A stretch of DNA of 64,000 nucleotides from Eledone cirrhosa (GCA_964016885.1 OZ024751.1:16306001-16370000), one strand, 5' to 3'. Positions 1 to 13,609 are shown, counted from the first letter of the stretch. Notes: generated by a model from the letters alone, not told the origin. A program made the numbers and translations.

Positions 1-1469
1 CTCGCAAGCTGTTCGATTTACCGAATTATTATTATTTTTATATGAGCCGCCAGTGTCCGCGCATTGCCTGGAGACTTAACTGAGAATAGACTTCCTGATG
101 ACGCAATGAATTCTCGACAGTTGAATTACGTAACTGTCTTTATCCCATTGCAGAAACTAATTAGTTGGAGTGAAAATTTAAGTAAGAAAAAAATTTTTTT
201 TAAATTTTTTTAAAAAAATATTTTTTTATTTTACGTCCTTTATATTATTGTTCTGCATTCTCCTGCATTGAACCACCTAGGTACTATGACATAACCTGTG
301 TATTTGCTGGCATGGGCGTGCATCTGTGCGCTTATGTTAGTTGATATATTAAATTATCTATATTTATCTCCAAATCACTGATTTGTCGAGCAAACTTGTC
401 AAAACCACTTCTAAAAAAATTTTTTTTGGGGTGTTAGTAGGCGTCAGTCATCTTACCATCCCATTCCTTCTAACTAGCCTCTGTGTCACGTGATTGATTC
501 TTTAGAATCGGCCATTTGACTTGAAGCAGTGAGAATTTCGGTACATAAAATTCAGTCCTCGCAAGCTGTTCGATTTACCGAATTATTATTATTTTTATAT
601 GAGCCGCCAGTGTCCGCGCATTGCCTGGAGACTTAACTGAGAATAGACTTCCTGATGACGCAATGAATTCTCGACAGTTGAATTACGTAACTGTCTTTAT
701 CCCATTGCAGAAACTAATTAGTTGGAGTGAAAATTTAAGTAAGAAAAAAATTTTTTTAAATTTTTTTAAAAAAATATTTTTTTATTTTACGTCCTTTATA
801 TTATTGTTCTGCATTCTCCTGCATTGAACCACCTAGGTACTATGACATAACCTGTGTATTTGCTGGCATGGGCGTGCATCTGTGCGCTTATGTTAGTTGA
901 TATATTAAATTATCTATATTTATCTCCAAATCACTGATTTGTCGAGCAAACTTGTCAAAACCACTTCTAAAAAAATTTTTTTTGGGGTGTTAGTAGGCGT
1001 CAGTCATCTTACCATCCCATTCCTTCTAACTAGCCTCTGTGTCACGTGATTGATTCTTTAGAATCGGCCATTTGACTTGAAGCAGTGAGAATTTCGGTAC
1101 ATAAAATTCAGTCCTCGCAAGCTGTTCGATTTACCGAATTATTATTATTTTTATATGAGCCGCCAGTGTCCGCGCATTGCCTGGAGACTTAACTGAGAAT
1201 AGACTTCCTGATGACGCAATGAATTCTCGACAGTTGAATTACGTAACTGTCTTTATCCCATTGCAGAAACTAATTAGTTGGAGTGAAAATTTAAGTAAGA
1301 AAAAAATTTTTTTTAAATTTTTTTAAAAAAATATTTTTTTATTTTACGTCCTTTATATTATTGTTCTGCATTCTCCTGCATTGAACCACCTAGGTACTAT
1401 GACATAACCTGTGTATTTGCTGGCATGGGCGTGCATCTGTGCGCTTATGTTAGTTGATATATTAAATTA

Positions 1470-1471
<2 letters not shown>
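1..1471 (+). repeat. Tandem array of a ~557-bp HHR-containing unit (2.6 copies visible, cut by the window start)
   Basis: CTCGCAAGCTGTTCG recurs at 1, 558 and 1114; copies are essentially identical; the last copy runs into (TA)n at ~1471. Confidence 0.95.
90..171 (+). ncRNA. Type I hammerhead ribozyme motif (copies also at 647-728 and 1203-1284)
   Basis: Helix I ACTTC/GGAGT; CTGATGA 95-101; stem II GCAATG/CATTGC with inner GACAGTT/AACTGTC; GAAAC 153-157; palindromic TAATTA; GTT cleavage triplet 164-166. Confidence 0.82.
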
Positions 1472-2062
<591 letters not shown>

Positions 2063-2634
2063 GAATGTGAATGTGTATGTGTGTTCTATATGTACCTAGG
2101 TGTGTATTTAACAGAATATTTTATTTTCTTTATATTTGTTACAATTTATATATATTTATATATATTATTATATTTATTCAAGTTGTTTATTTTTCCTACA
2201 CATGCAGCAAGCTTCTTTGTCGGATGTATGCTCCTCTTGGGTTTATTCTACTCGTCATTGTTATATGTTTTACAGTATTCCATGTATAAATAGAAAAAAA
2301 ATCAAGTTTATACTGCCTCTTGCATATGCGATTTATTTTTAGTGAGAAATCTATTAATTCTACAAAACCACATCAGCCGTGATAAAACATATACGCACGC
2401 ACAAATTCACGCATGTATAGTATATATCCAGTTGAAGTGATATATATATATATTTCTACTTTGTCTTTTTACTCTTTCGTAGTTAATTGAACACAAACAC
2501 AAGCACTCGATAAAGAATATTAATAGTCAAAGAATATCCAAAGCTAAGACAACCTCAGCTGCACACACACACACACACACGCACACACATACACATACAC
2601 ACACACCCACATACACACATATATATATAAAGTA

Positions 2635-2691
<57 letters not shown>

Positions 2692-2696
<5 letters not shown>

Positions 2697-3431
2697 TATG
2701 TATACGTACATACATATATGTATACAGACGTACAGTAGTATGTATATATATACATACATGCACACATATATATATGTACGTATGGATTCACCGAACATTT
2801 ATTATAATGCTCGGTTTGTTTGTAAACAAACAGCCCGAATTACGCCGTACAGTGTTTAACAACCATCGTCGCCCTTTTGTTCAACACTGACACAGGAACG
2901 ATGTACTAGTTTAAAGCTTATTAGCTATCGTCAGCATCGTATACCTTTCTCTCAGATAATTGAACGTTTGAAAGTATATACTTTCCTTATGCATATTAAT
3001 GGCTGAGCAGCCTAATTTGCATATCGAGTGAGTTAGTCGGCCGGGCGTACCGAAAACAATAAATGGAAAAGAATGAAACGAAATTTCATTTCTCACTCTT
3101 AGTACGGCTGATACCTAAATATACGATAGCTAATAAGCTGACGATAGCTAATAACCTTGAAACCATCGTACCTGTGTCAGTGTTTAACAAAAGGACGACG
3201 ATGGTTTCCGAGCACTGTACGGCGTAATTCGGGCTGTTTGTTTACAAACAAACCAAACATTATAATAAATCTGCGGTAAACCCATACGTACATATATACA
3301 TATGTGCATGTATGTATATATATACATACTACTGTACGTATGTACACATATATGTATGTACGTATACATACTTATATTTAGGTATCAGCCGTACTAAGAG
3401 TGAGAAATGAAATTTCGTTTCATTCTTTTCC

Positions 3432-3437
<6 letters not shown>
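2692..3437. mobile_element. Foldback Penelope-like remnant with interleaved inverted repeats and damaged HHRs
   Basis: ~2692-2935 inverted at ~3137-3376; ~3058-3123 inverted at ~3373-3437; HHR relics at 2898-2940 (-) and 3138-3169 (+). Confidence 0.7.
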
Positions 3438-3486
<49 letters not shown>

Positions 3487-3605
3487 ATGGTTGCAATAAA
3501 TGCGTCCATAGGCTGTATGCCGTTTGAGCACTCGATGCTCGCGCGGAGCAGAGTATATTATCATAGATAACGAGGAATCAGAGATTCATCAAAACACAAT
3601 TTATT

Positions 3606-3699
3606 AACATATTACATATGTTTCTCCGACGATCAGCTCAAGGCAGGATCTGTTATAGATCGATCCTGACTCTGCATTCGCAAGGTCCTCAGACATGTT
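3606..3699 (-). ncRNA. Type I hammerhead ribozyme motif in a (TA)n-flanked element (~3480-3750)
   Basis: Minus strand: AACATGT-CTGAGGA-[long stem II incl. CAGGATC/GATCCTG]-GAAAC-ATAT-GTA-ATATGTT; 7-bp helix I. Confidence 0.8.
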
Positions 3700-3749
3700 T
3701 ACCGTTTTCAAGGTATTTCTTACGTTTATAGGTATTTTTTCCGTTTATA

Positions 3750-4335
<586 letters not shown>

Positions 4336-4732
4336 TATCATTAACGTAGGCTCACACATTGGAGACACTATTTATTACTTGATCACGCGGCAATATTTCG
4401 TTACGTTATGCGGAATAAATCAATATGTTATCTGTGATTAATTGATAGTTAAACACTATTATTGTTATTGATAACATATAGTTCTTGCAAATGTGTAAAT
4501 AAGAAATATACTCTATTTAATTTTATTTTGATTTAATAAATATATATATTTTTTGGAAAAATTAATGATACTTCAATTGTTTTGCATAACACCATGAAAT
4601 TACAAAAAATTTTATTTAAACACATACCCAGTAAATTTATAACTTTTTCTATATATGATTACATTCTATCAATGGCAGTTGCAAAATTCGCAGCCATATG
4701 ATGAGTAATTTTCTACGGCATATGTAAAAGCA

Positions 4733-4960
4733 ACTGGCTTAGTGGCTAGAGTGTTGTATTCACAACCGTGAGGTTGTGAGTTCGATTCCAAGCCCGAAAG
4801 AAGCGTTATATTCTTGAATAAGACATTTTACTCGACGGTGCTCTTTCTGCCACGAGTTGCGACCGGCAGATACTATCAGAAATTGGAAAGACCAATAGAA
4901 ACATTGTTTTCTTGGTTCAATATGATGTGTTTCACTACAGTAAGCGAATGAGGTCTGGGA
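4733..4960 (+). mobile_element. Degenerate tRNA-derived SINE
   Basis: A box TGGCTTAGTGG, B box GTTCGATTCC; related to ~26745-26900 and ~46258-46640. Confidence 0.6.
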
Positions 4961-5009
4961 ACTTGTCGATCTTCAAAATACAAACGAAAAAAAATTAAAC
5001 ATATATATA

Positions 5010-5132
5010 GTAATAATAAATGTTCGATAAAAGAGGGTTCGATAAGGATTATAAGTATATATATATATATATATATATATAGTAATGATAAATGCGAAGT
5101 CTAAAATGTATATAAGGATTATGTATATATAA

Positions 5133-5174
<42 letters not shown>

Positions 5175-5278
5175 CCGTAGAGCAAATATCTATTATAATA
5201 ACAGATTAAAGTTTAAACAAAGAATCGCTGCTTTCACCCTTAATGGGATCTTCAGAAGATCCCGTTAAGGGTCACAGA

Positions 5279-5280
<2 letters not shown>
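5010..5280 (-). mobile_element. Penelope-like terminal remnant with HHR-like core; family also at ~40946-41010 and ~43935-44115
   Basis: Minus strand CTGAAGA-T-CCC-ATTAA-GGG-T-GAAA; shared ATAACAGATTAAAGTTTAAACAAAGAATCGCTGC; helices I and III not convincingly formed. Confidence 0.5.
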
Positions 5281-5319
<39 letters not shown>

Positions 5320-5320
<1 letters not shown>

Positions 5321-5712
5321 GAGAGCAATCCCAAAAGTAAGGTCTCCAAAGCGATGGGGACGCACAGAAACTGTTCGTACGGCTGTTGGCAACACTGTTG
5401 TGATTGATGCTTTCTTCACTCCCAAACAAGCATGCGCTCGCTTCGCTGGGATGCTCAATCTTGGCTTGACAGCCGTTGAGAATGGAGCTCCCGTTGAACG
5501 TTACCGCCAAATACCAATTTCGCGCAGTTATTATATAGAGGGCAATCCCAAAAGTAAGGTCTCTATCCGAGGAAAAAATGCGTAAAGATCGGCGGATCAC
5601 TCTGGATGTTCTCCGCATTTTGGTTCCTGAGGTTTCTCGAAGCACTATCCACAGGATTTTAACGGAAAAGTTGTAATATCGGAAGGAGACCTTACTTTTG
5701 GGATTGCCTTCG
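5320..5712 (+). mobile_element. Internally deleted mariner element
   Basis: TIRs CGAG(A/G)GCAATCCCAAAAGTAAGGTCTCC flanked by TA; transposase N-terminal relics MELPLNVTAKYQFRAVI and EEKMRKDRRITLDVLRILVPEVSRSTIHRILTEKL. Confidence 0.85.
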
Positions 5713-5725
5713 TATATAAAATATA

Positions 5726-5810
<85 letters not shown>

Positions 5811-6129
5811 TGTGTGTGTGTGTGTGTGCATATGTTTATAAATATGAAGCCAAGGTTCCACTTATCAGAATTCCAATATTCGAATAACGCCAGCTAACTG
5901 TTACGTAACAATTGACTGGCGCCACCGAAATGTATATAACAGCTAATATTACAATAAATAAAAATGTGGAAAAAGAGTAGAATCATATTAAACAAATTTA
6001 ATAACATATCACTACTGCATTGTTACTAGCCTACAGAATCTCAGACCTAACCTAGATAAGTATAACTGACATAGAATAATTATACATCTTACATATTGAC
6101 TTGTATAATGAGAGAAGTACAGTACACTG

Positions 6130-6480
6130 TTAACATTCTACAGAGACACGAATGCTTTTCATCAATTTTGTTAAATAGTGTTTGTAATCATCTGGGTATA
6201 TTCTCGAATGACTGCATCAGGAACTCAGGCGGTATGTTGATCTGCACATGACAAATATGTTTCTCTAATTGAGTCAGGTTTTGGTTTTGAGCTATCAACG
6301 TTTTCCTTCGACCACTCCCGACAGGTAAAATCGCATGGCGTTAAGTCACGGCTTCTTGCTGGCCATTCACTTGGAACTCAGCAACTCCACCCATGTTCTG
6401 TAAATTGAACATAAAAACCCTTATACCCCATATATACAGTGTGTGCAAAATGAAGAGGGGGCCCCATCTTGCATTAATTT
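6130..6480 (-). pseudogene. Tc1/mariner (IS630-type) transposase C-terminal relic
   Basis: Minus strand gives MQDGAP and WPARSRDLTPCDF, matching QDGAP and WPxRSPDLTPxDF motifs; frameshifted. Confidence 0.7.
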
Positions 6481-6676
6481 AAGCTTATTGGTGTTTTCCC
6501 AAGGGATCACAGTGTGCTAAACTTTATAAGTAATTTTCAATAGGGAAATTCTTTTCATCCACACTCTCGAGTAGAGCATCCTTATAATAATACATATGTT
6601 CATATATGTATGTTTTAGGTATGTATATACACGTATAATTTATATGTAATATATGTATACACACACACACACAGAC

Positions 6677-6740
<64 letters not shown>

Positions 6741-6741
<1 letters not shown>

Positions 6742-7195
6742 ATGATATTAAATAAATGGAAACTATATTTATAAAACCATATTTATTTCATTATATATAT
6801 TTCAGGGATATCATATTAACAATATGTTATGCCTTCTTCAGACAAAATACAATATAAACAGTCTTATAAATAAATAGATACGACATACCTTTCAATCGAC
6901 TTGCATTTGGGAGGTTCATTTGCCAAATCAACCTCCCAAATGCAAGTCGATTGAAAGGTATGTCGTATCTATTTATTTATAAGACTGTTTATATTGTATT
7001 TTGTCTGAAGAAGGCATAACATATTGTTAATATGATATCCCTGAAATATATATAATGAAATAAATATGGTTTTATAAATATAGTTTCCATTTATTTAATA
7101 TCATAAATATACTCCAAATACTTGTTGAGTGCTTTTATATCAGTTATAAATATTTACTCGTTGTTAACCCAACAATTTAAATATAACTTTCCATG
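6741..7195 (+). mobile_element. Foldback HHR element in (TA)n
   Basis: Near-perfect ~176-bp arms 6741-6916/6930-7105, 13-nt loop, unique tail 7106-7195. Confidence 0.9.
6997..7062 (+). ncRNA. Type I hammerhead ribozyme motif (mirror copy 6784-6849 on minus)
   Basis: TATTTTGT-CTGAAGA-AGG...CCT-GAAAT-ATAT-ATA-ATGAAATA; 8-bp helix I. Confidence 0.8.
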
Positions 7196-7219
<24 letters not shown>

Positions 7220-7226
<7 letters not shown>

Positions 7227-7650
7227 CAAAATATTAATAAATGAAAAATATTCTCATAATCAAAATATATATTTTATTATACGTATTTCAAAGGTACAAT
7301 GGTGTTTAAGTACGTTTTCATCAGACAAAATATAAGATTTGATATGCGACATACCGCTACGGTATTGATTATTCAATTCCAGTAGTGACTGCCACTACTG
7401 GAATTGAATAATCAATACCGTAGCGGTATGTCGCATATCAAATCTTATATTTTGTCTGATGAAAACGTACTTAAACACCATTGTACCTTTGAAATATGTA
7501 TAATAAAATATATATTTTGATTATGAGAATATTTTCCATTTAATAATATTTTGAATAATATTAAATACTCCAGGAAAATCCACGGTCGAGTGGTTCTAAT
7601 CTATTGTAAAATTGTATTCGTTGAATAATCAACGAACCATATTAATCTTT

Positions 7651-7657
<7 letters not shown>
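7220..7657 (+). mobile_element. Foldback HHR element in (TA)n
   Basis: Arms 7220-7387/7393-7560, 5-nt loop, tail 7561-7657. Confidence 0.9.
7446..7512 (+). ncRNA. Type I hammerhead ribozyme motif (mirror copy 7268-7334 on minus)
   Basis: TATATTTTGT-CTGATGA-AAA.GTAC...GTAC.TTT-GAAAT-A(T/C)GT-ATA-ATAAAATATA; 10-bp helix I. Confidence 0.85.
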
Positions 7658-7713
<56 letters not shown>

Positions 7714-7856
7714 CAAATAACGAAACGAAATTAAATTTCGTTTCGCTTCTAACTCACTTTTGTATGACTGACGCTTAAACAATTAAGTTAAAAGTGTACA
7801 TCTACATATGTATACGGAAATATTAGTATGCATATAAATACACACATGTATACATA

Positions 7857-7887
<31 letters not shown>

Positions 7888-8215
7888 ATATATATTTACA
7901 TATATGTACACAAAGAGACTTCCTACTCTAATTATATTTACACGTATATATATATGGTACCATATATGCCTTATGAAAAATTGAGAGCAGTATACATATT
8001 AATTCTTATTCCGTTTCGGCCATTTTTTTAATCCTAACCAGATTACTCTTTGCAAAATATTAGGTATGAGCTTTCCTATGATATTGGTAGTGTGCAAAGC
8101 TCTGTGGTCTTCGATTTTGAGCTATTATTCTTTCATAGAACGATCGTAGATCGACATGATCCTTGTATATCATATATCGATCTCTTTTGGTGTCTACGTA
8201 CATGCATATATATAT

Positions 8216-8585
<370 letters not shown>

Positions 8586-8835
8586 TGAGAGAGTGTGTGT
8601 GTGTGTGTGTGAGTGATTCAGTGAATTACTGGTGGAGGTGGTACCAAAACAAGGACTCTATACACAGTTAGAGTATATATGTATATTAGTAAAAACGAGG
8701 AAGTTTATTTATTGTGTATCGATACAAGTACAATTTAAGTAAACGAAACTTACCCGTTTCCTCTAATATATATATATATAAGCACGTCCTCGTATATGAT
8801 TTTCTAACTTGTTGTGTAACTAAATCTCTCTCTCT

Positions 8836-9205
8836 ATGGTGGATGGGTGCTACACGAGAATGCTGAGGATGGCTCTGAACATTAATCAGTATAGACTGAG
8901 GATGAAGAACTCAGAGCTGTACGGGAGCCTCCCAGAAGTCAGCTCGAGAGTAGCACAGAGGAGACTGAGGTTAGCTGGACATGTTCACCGACATCCAAAG
9001 TTGACACTGCATTCGGTGCTCCTGGTGGAGCCCCTGCATGGACACACTGGAAGAGGAAGACCGGGGTTAACATATGCTGATGCCCTAAAGACAGACACTG
9101 GTCTGTTGGAGGCGCAGGAGATGGCGGCGATGATGAAGGACAGAGACCGCTGGAGAGAACTCGTCCATGGATCTCGGGAATTTTACTCGCCCTAGATAGA
9201 TAGAT
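8836..9205 (+). mobile_element. RTE-clade LINE 3' fragment
   Basis: ORF 8836-9195 has RLRLAGHV..RGRP..TY.D.L..DR.RWR, typical of the RTE C-terminus; (TAGA)n tail. Confidence 0.85.
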
Positions 9206-9246
9206 ATATATGTATAAAGAAGATCAAAATGAGGTTTCCGCTTAAG

Positions 9247-9478
9247 GTTTATATTGATTAACTTCAGTTAATGAACGCTTTACAGGTGGTGGCTCATGAT
9301 CCATATTACAGTTATAGATCTGACTTCAGCTCAATGAGATGGCTTTTGATTAGATTCTGGTTTTGCTTTATTAACAAGTCTGATAAACAATTTGGGGCTT
9401 GAGTCGAGTCTATTACTGTATGGATCTTGAGCCACCCATCTGTGAAACGTCCATAACTAAGTTTAGTCAATATAAATG
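9247..9478 (+). mobile_element. Old diverged foldback with degenerate HHR
   Basis: Imperfect arms ~9247-9335/~9392-9478; CTGATAA 9380-9386 and GAAAC 9444-9448. Confidence 0.55.
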
Positions 9479-9985
9479 TCAATGGGAAGCTTTGTTTTCT
9501 TCTTAGTGTATACATTACAGTCCTATTATTGGTACCTTTCTCAGTTAACCTCAAACATCTAATTATATATATATGTATATGTAGAATAGATGTGGCTGTG
9601 TAGTTGCTATTTAAGGTAACTTAAAATACGAAGAAAGCAAGAACATGGGGTGGGGCGGAGTTTTTCTCATCAGTTGTCTACTTGAGGGTCTAGGATATTT
9701 CTACGCTTTAAAGACAAGATACCACTTCACCCCAGGGCGTCAATAACTGCATAAGTTATTGGGAAAACGAAGAAAGGAGGGAAGGAAAGCAAAGGGGAAG
9801 AAAAGAGAATCAGTAACAAAACAGCGAAAAAAAACACACAAACCGAGCAATGTGCGAGAAACTATAGGTAGGAAATCCAAGACATATACAGAGAGAGAGA
9901 GAGAGAGAGAAAGAGAAAAGAGCGAGTGGAAATATAATTAAATACATGAAATATTTCGGAGTGTTATGAAATTCAAACGGTACTT

Positions 9986-10120
9986 GTTACGTCCCTTTAC
10001 AGTCTGAGTTCAAATCCCGCCGAGGTTAACTTTGCCTTTCATCCTTACGGGATCGATAAAATAAAGTACCAGTAATGTACTGGGTAATTGCTGGCCTTGT
10101 GCCTAAAGTAGAAACAATTA
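9986..10120 (+). mobile_element. SINE of the major family, 5'-truncated
   Basis: B box GAGTTCAAATCC and central GCCTTTCATCCTTACGGGATCGATAAAATAAAGTACCAG, resembling the Meta-type SINE domain as I recall it. Confidence 0.85.
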
Positions 10121-10225
10121 TATAATATTGAAGGCTTAAATGTGTAATTTCTGGGTAATTTATTTGCTATTACCTGCAAGACAAGTGAAACTGTCTAGCA
10201 AATCTTAAATGGCGTTTCATATGAA

Positions 10226-10270
<45 letters not shown>

Positions 10271-10326
10271 GATAGATATATAGATAGATAAATATACACG
10301 AGTGTGTATGATTGTGTATAGAAAAT

Positions 10327-10942
10327 TATATTAATAAAAGGAATTCCAACTTTGTCTGATTTACTCGTTTTATTTACAATCCTTTAACATTTATAATGGT
10401 ATTATAATGAAATAGTATGATAGAATATTAAATGTTAAGTGTTAATTGAACAAGTACTTTCATGCTTTCGCAATCTTCAGGTTCATAATGTGTGGTGACA
10501 GTCAAGTTTGCAATTTTCAACTGTAATGAGATGGGTACATTTTGTACCTTATATATAGTGAAAAGTGAAAAGTGGCTCCAGAATGCTAAATCTTGCAAAC
10601 TGAATTACTAAAGCTTTAGTAATTCAGTGAATTACTAAAGCTTTAGTAATTCAGTGAAACTACACACCGATTGGTCGAAATACAGTTTGCAAGATTTAGC
10701 ATTCTGGAGCCACTTTTCACTGTATATAAGGTAAAAAATTTACCCATTTCATTACAGTTGAAAATTGCAAACTTGACTGTCACCACACATTATGAACCTG
10801 AAGATTGCGAATCATGAAAGTACTTGTTCAATTAACACTTAACATTTAATATTCTATCATACTATTTCATTAAAATACCATTATAAATTTTAAAGGATTG
10901 TAAATAAAACGAGTAAATCAGACAAATTTGGAATTCCTTTTA

Positions 10943-10951
<9 letters not shown>
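10327..10951. mobile_element. Large foldback HHR element
   Basis: ~270-bp arms 10327-10602/10683-10951; spacer holds two tandem copies of a 28-bp palindrome. Confidence 0.9.
10447..10485 (-). ncRNA. Minimal type I hammerhead motif (mirror 10793-10830 on plus, with stem II damaged)
   Basis: TGAAC-CTGAAGA-T-TGC-GAAA-GCA-T-GAAAG-TA-CTT-GTTCA. Confidence 0.82.
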
Positions 10952-10993
<42 letters not shown>

Positions 10994-10995
<2 letters not shown>

Positions 10996-11172
10996 GGGAG
11001 CCCCTACATGGACACACTAGAAGAGGAAGACCAAGGTTAACGTATGTTGATGCCCTAAGGACAGACACTGGTCTGTTGGAGACGCAGGACATGGCAGCGA
11101 TGATTGGGGACAGAAACCGCTGGAGAGAACTCGTCCATGGATCTCGGGAATTTTACCCGCCTTAGATAGATA
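10994..11172 (+). mobile_element. RTE 3' fragment, shorter copy of ~9025-9205
   Basis: Shares GGAGCCCCT.CATGGACACACT through GGATCTCGGGAATTTTAC and the (TAGA)n tail. Confidence 0.85.
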
Positions 11173-11384
11173 GATATACATATACATACACACAGTCACG
11201 CGCATACACACACACACATACATATATATGCAGAAAAAGAGAAGAGGGTGTTTGCGGGCAATTAAAACAGATAGAATGACATTTTTCATTAAAAAAAGTA
11301 AAGTTCTAACGATGGGAATGGGGAGTAGTGAGAGCGTTTTGAGAGAAAGACAGACATATATTACAGAGAAAAGAGAAAAAGTAT

Positions 11385-11458
11385 ACACACACACACACGC
11401 ACGCACACACACACATACGCACACACACACACACGCACACACGCACACGCGCGCGCAC

Positions 11459-11489
<31 letters not shown>

Positions 11490-11759
11490 ACACCCACCCC
11501 ACACACACACATACACACACACACACACACACACGCACGCACGCGCGCGCACGCACGCACGCACGCGCGCACACGCACACACGCACACACACACACACAC
11601 ATACACACACACGCACACGCACGCACGCACGCACGCACGCACATACAGACACATACATACACGCACGCACGCACATACGCACACACACACACACACACGC
11701 ACACACACACACGCACGCATACACACACACACACACACACACATACACACACACGCACG

Positions 11760-11796
<37 letters not shown>
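11385..11796. repeat. (CA)n/(CACG)n/(TA)n microsatellite
   Basis: Directly visible. Confidence 0.95.
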
Positions 11797-12374
11797 GTTG
11801 TTATACTTGGGGAGGGTCATATTTGCGTAATATTGCCAGAATTAATAACAGAACACACTCACTGTTTGGTTGGTTTTCGCTTCTCGCCGCCTTTTATTAT
11901 ATCTGCGATCTAACTTACTCGGTCCTCAATGTTGCCATTGACTGACCGGCGGTCAAAAATAATACAGATACAATATAGACACAAACACATATATATATAT
12001 ATATATATAGTTTACATAATTTACATAAATCTTTCGTTGCACATCTGCAACATCGTCAGTGGTGTTATATTCATTGTTCCTCCTGTTGTGTTGTATGTCT
12101 ACGCCATTTTTTATTTTATTTTTTATTTTTTTTTTAATTTTTTTTTTATTCAGTCTGTCTATATATATATGACTTCAGAAAAAAATATATAGTGTTGTAT
12201 ATAGCTTAAGAGAGGTTGGAGGCATTCTCAGTGTATAATAAATAAATAATTGTGATGCAGGGAGATCCTTAGTATGATAGTGAGACGTGGTGGGAGAGAA
12301 CTTAGAAGAGAAGTGAAACGCATGCACAGAGAGAGCGAAATATAGATGATTGACGTAGATAGATAGCAATACAG

Positions 12375-12376
12375 AG

Positions 12377-12451
<75 letters not shown>

Positions 12452-12565
12452 TAGAAAGTGAAAGAGCGAAAGTGACAAAGCCAGAGAAAAGGAGGGAGAG
12501 AGAGAGAGAGAGAGAGAATGAAAGATAAAAAGTGAAAGAGTGAAAATGACAAAGCCAGAGAAAAG

Positions 12566-12649
<84 letters not shown>

Positions 12650-12695
12650 TAGAAAGTGAAAGACCGAAAGTGACAAAGCCAGAGAAAAGGAGGGA

Positions 12696-12748
<53 letters not shown>

Positions 12749-12811
12749 AGAGAGAGAAAGAGAATGAAAGATAAAAAGTGAAAGAGCGAAAGTGACAAAG
12801 CCAGAGAAAAG

Positions 12812-12877
<66 letters not shown>

Positions 12878-12921
12878 TAAAAAGTGAAAGAGTGAAAGTG
12901 ACAAAGCCAGAGAAAAGGAGG

Positions 12922-12991
<70 letters not shown>

Positions 12992-13023
12992 TAGAAAGTG
13001 AAAGTGACAAAGCCGGAGAAAAG

Positions 13024-13086
<63 letters not shown>

Positions 13087-13090
13087 AGAG
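12375..13090. repeat. Composite purine satellite: ~50-bp unit alternating with variable (GA)n, 6 copies
   Basis: AATGAAAGATA.AAAGTGAAAGAG.GAAAGTGACAAAGCCAGAGAAAAGGAGGG repeated. Confidence 0.9.
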
Positions 13091-13298
13091 TGCGGAGGAA
13101 TATTGATGCAGTGCCCGTAGAAAACTGGGAAAAATCTCAAGATAGACTGATATACAGGATGATGTATTTGTATGGTTATATGAAGTAGAAAGTCACATAT
13201 AACGAGAGAGTAAAGCAGACATGAAGTGACTAGTAAACAGCGTAGAAAGAGAGAGAGAGAGGGAGAGAGAGAGAGAGAGAGAGGGGGGAGAGAGAGAG

Positions 13299-13347
<49 letters not shown>

Positions 13348-13398
13348 TTATTTATACATACATATATATATATATATATATATGCATATATATATATA

Positions 13399-13475
<77 letters not shown>

Positions 13476-13573
13476 TGTATATATATATAAATGGTAAACA
13501 GAAATAAAACACAATCGGTACAGTATATGGAAGGTATATAATTAGGTTAACGCTTGATATAGCAGGAAGAGGG

Positions 13574-13609
13574 TCTTAACGTTTCGGACGCTAGTCCTTC
13601 ACCAGAAGA
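13574..13609 (-). ncRNA. Minimal hammerhead motif with one core substitution
   Basis: TCTT-CTGGTGA-A-GGAC-TAGC-GTCC-GAAAC-GTT-AAGA; A6 changed to G; lies in a microsatellite-flanked island ~13490-13710. Confidence 0.7.

Noticed and set aside
621-827. 68-aa ORF in the tandem unit
   Set aside because: TTG start, low-complexity end, overlaps the ribozyme; no recognisable domain
12010-12065. Minus-strand CTGACGA-T-GTTGCA-GATG-TGCAAC-GAAA hammerhead candidate
   Set aside because: Core and stem II look right but helix I and the NUH site cannot be placed; at best a decayed copy
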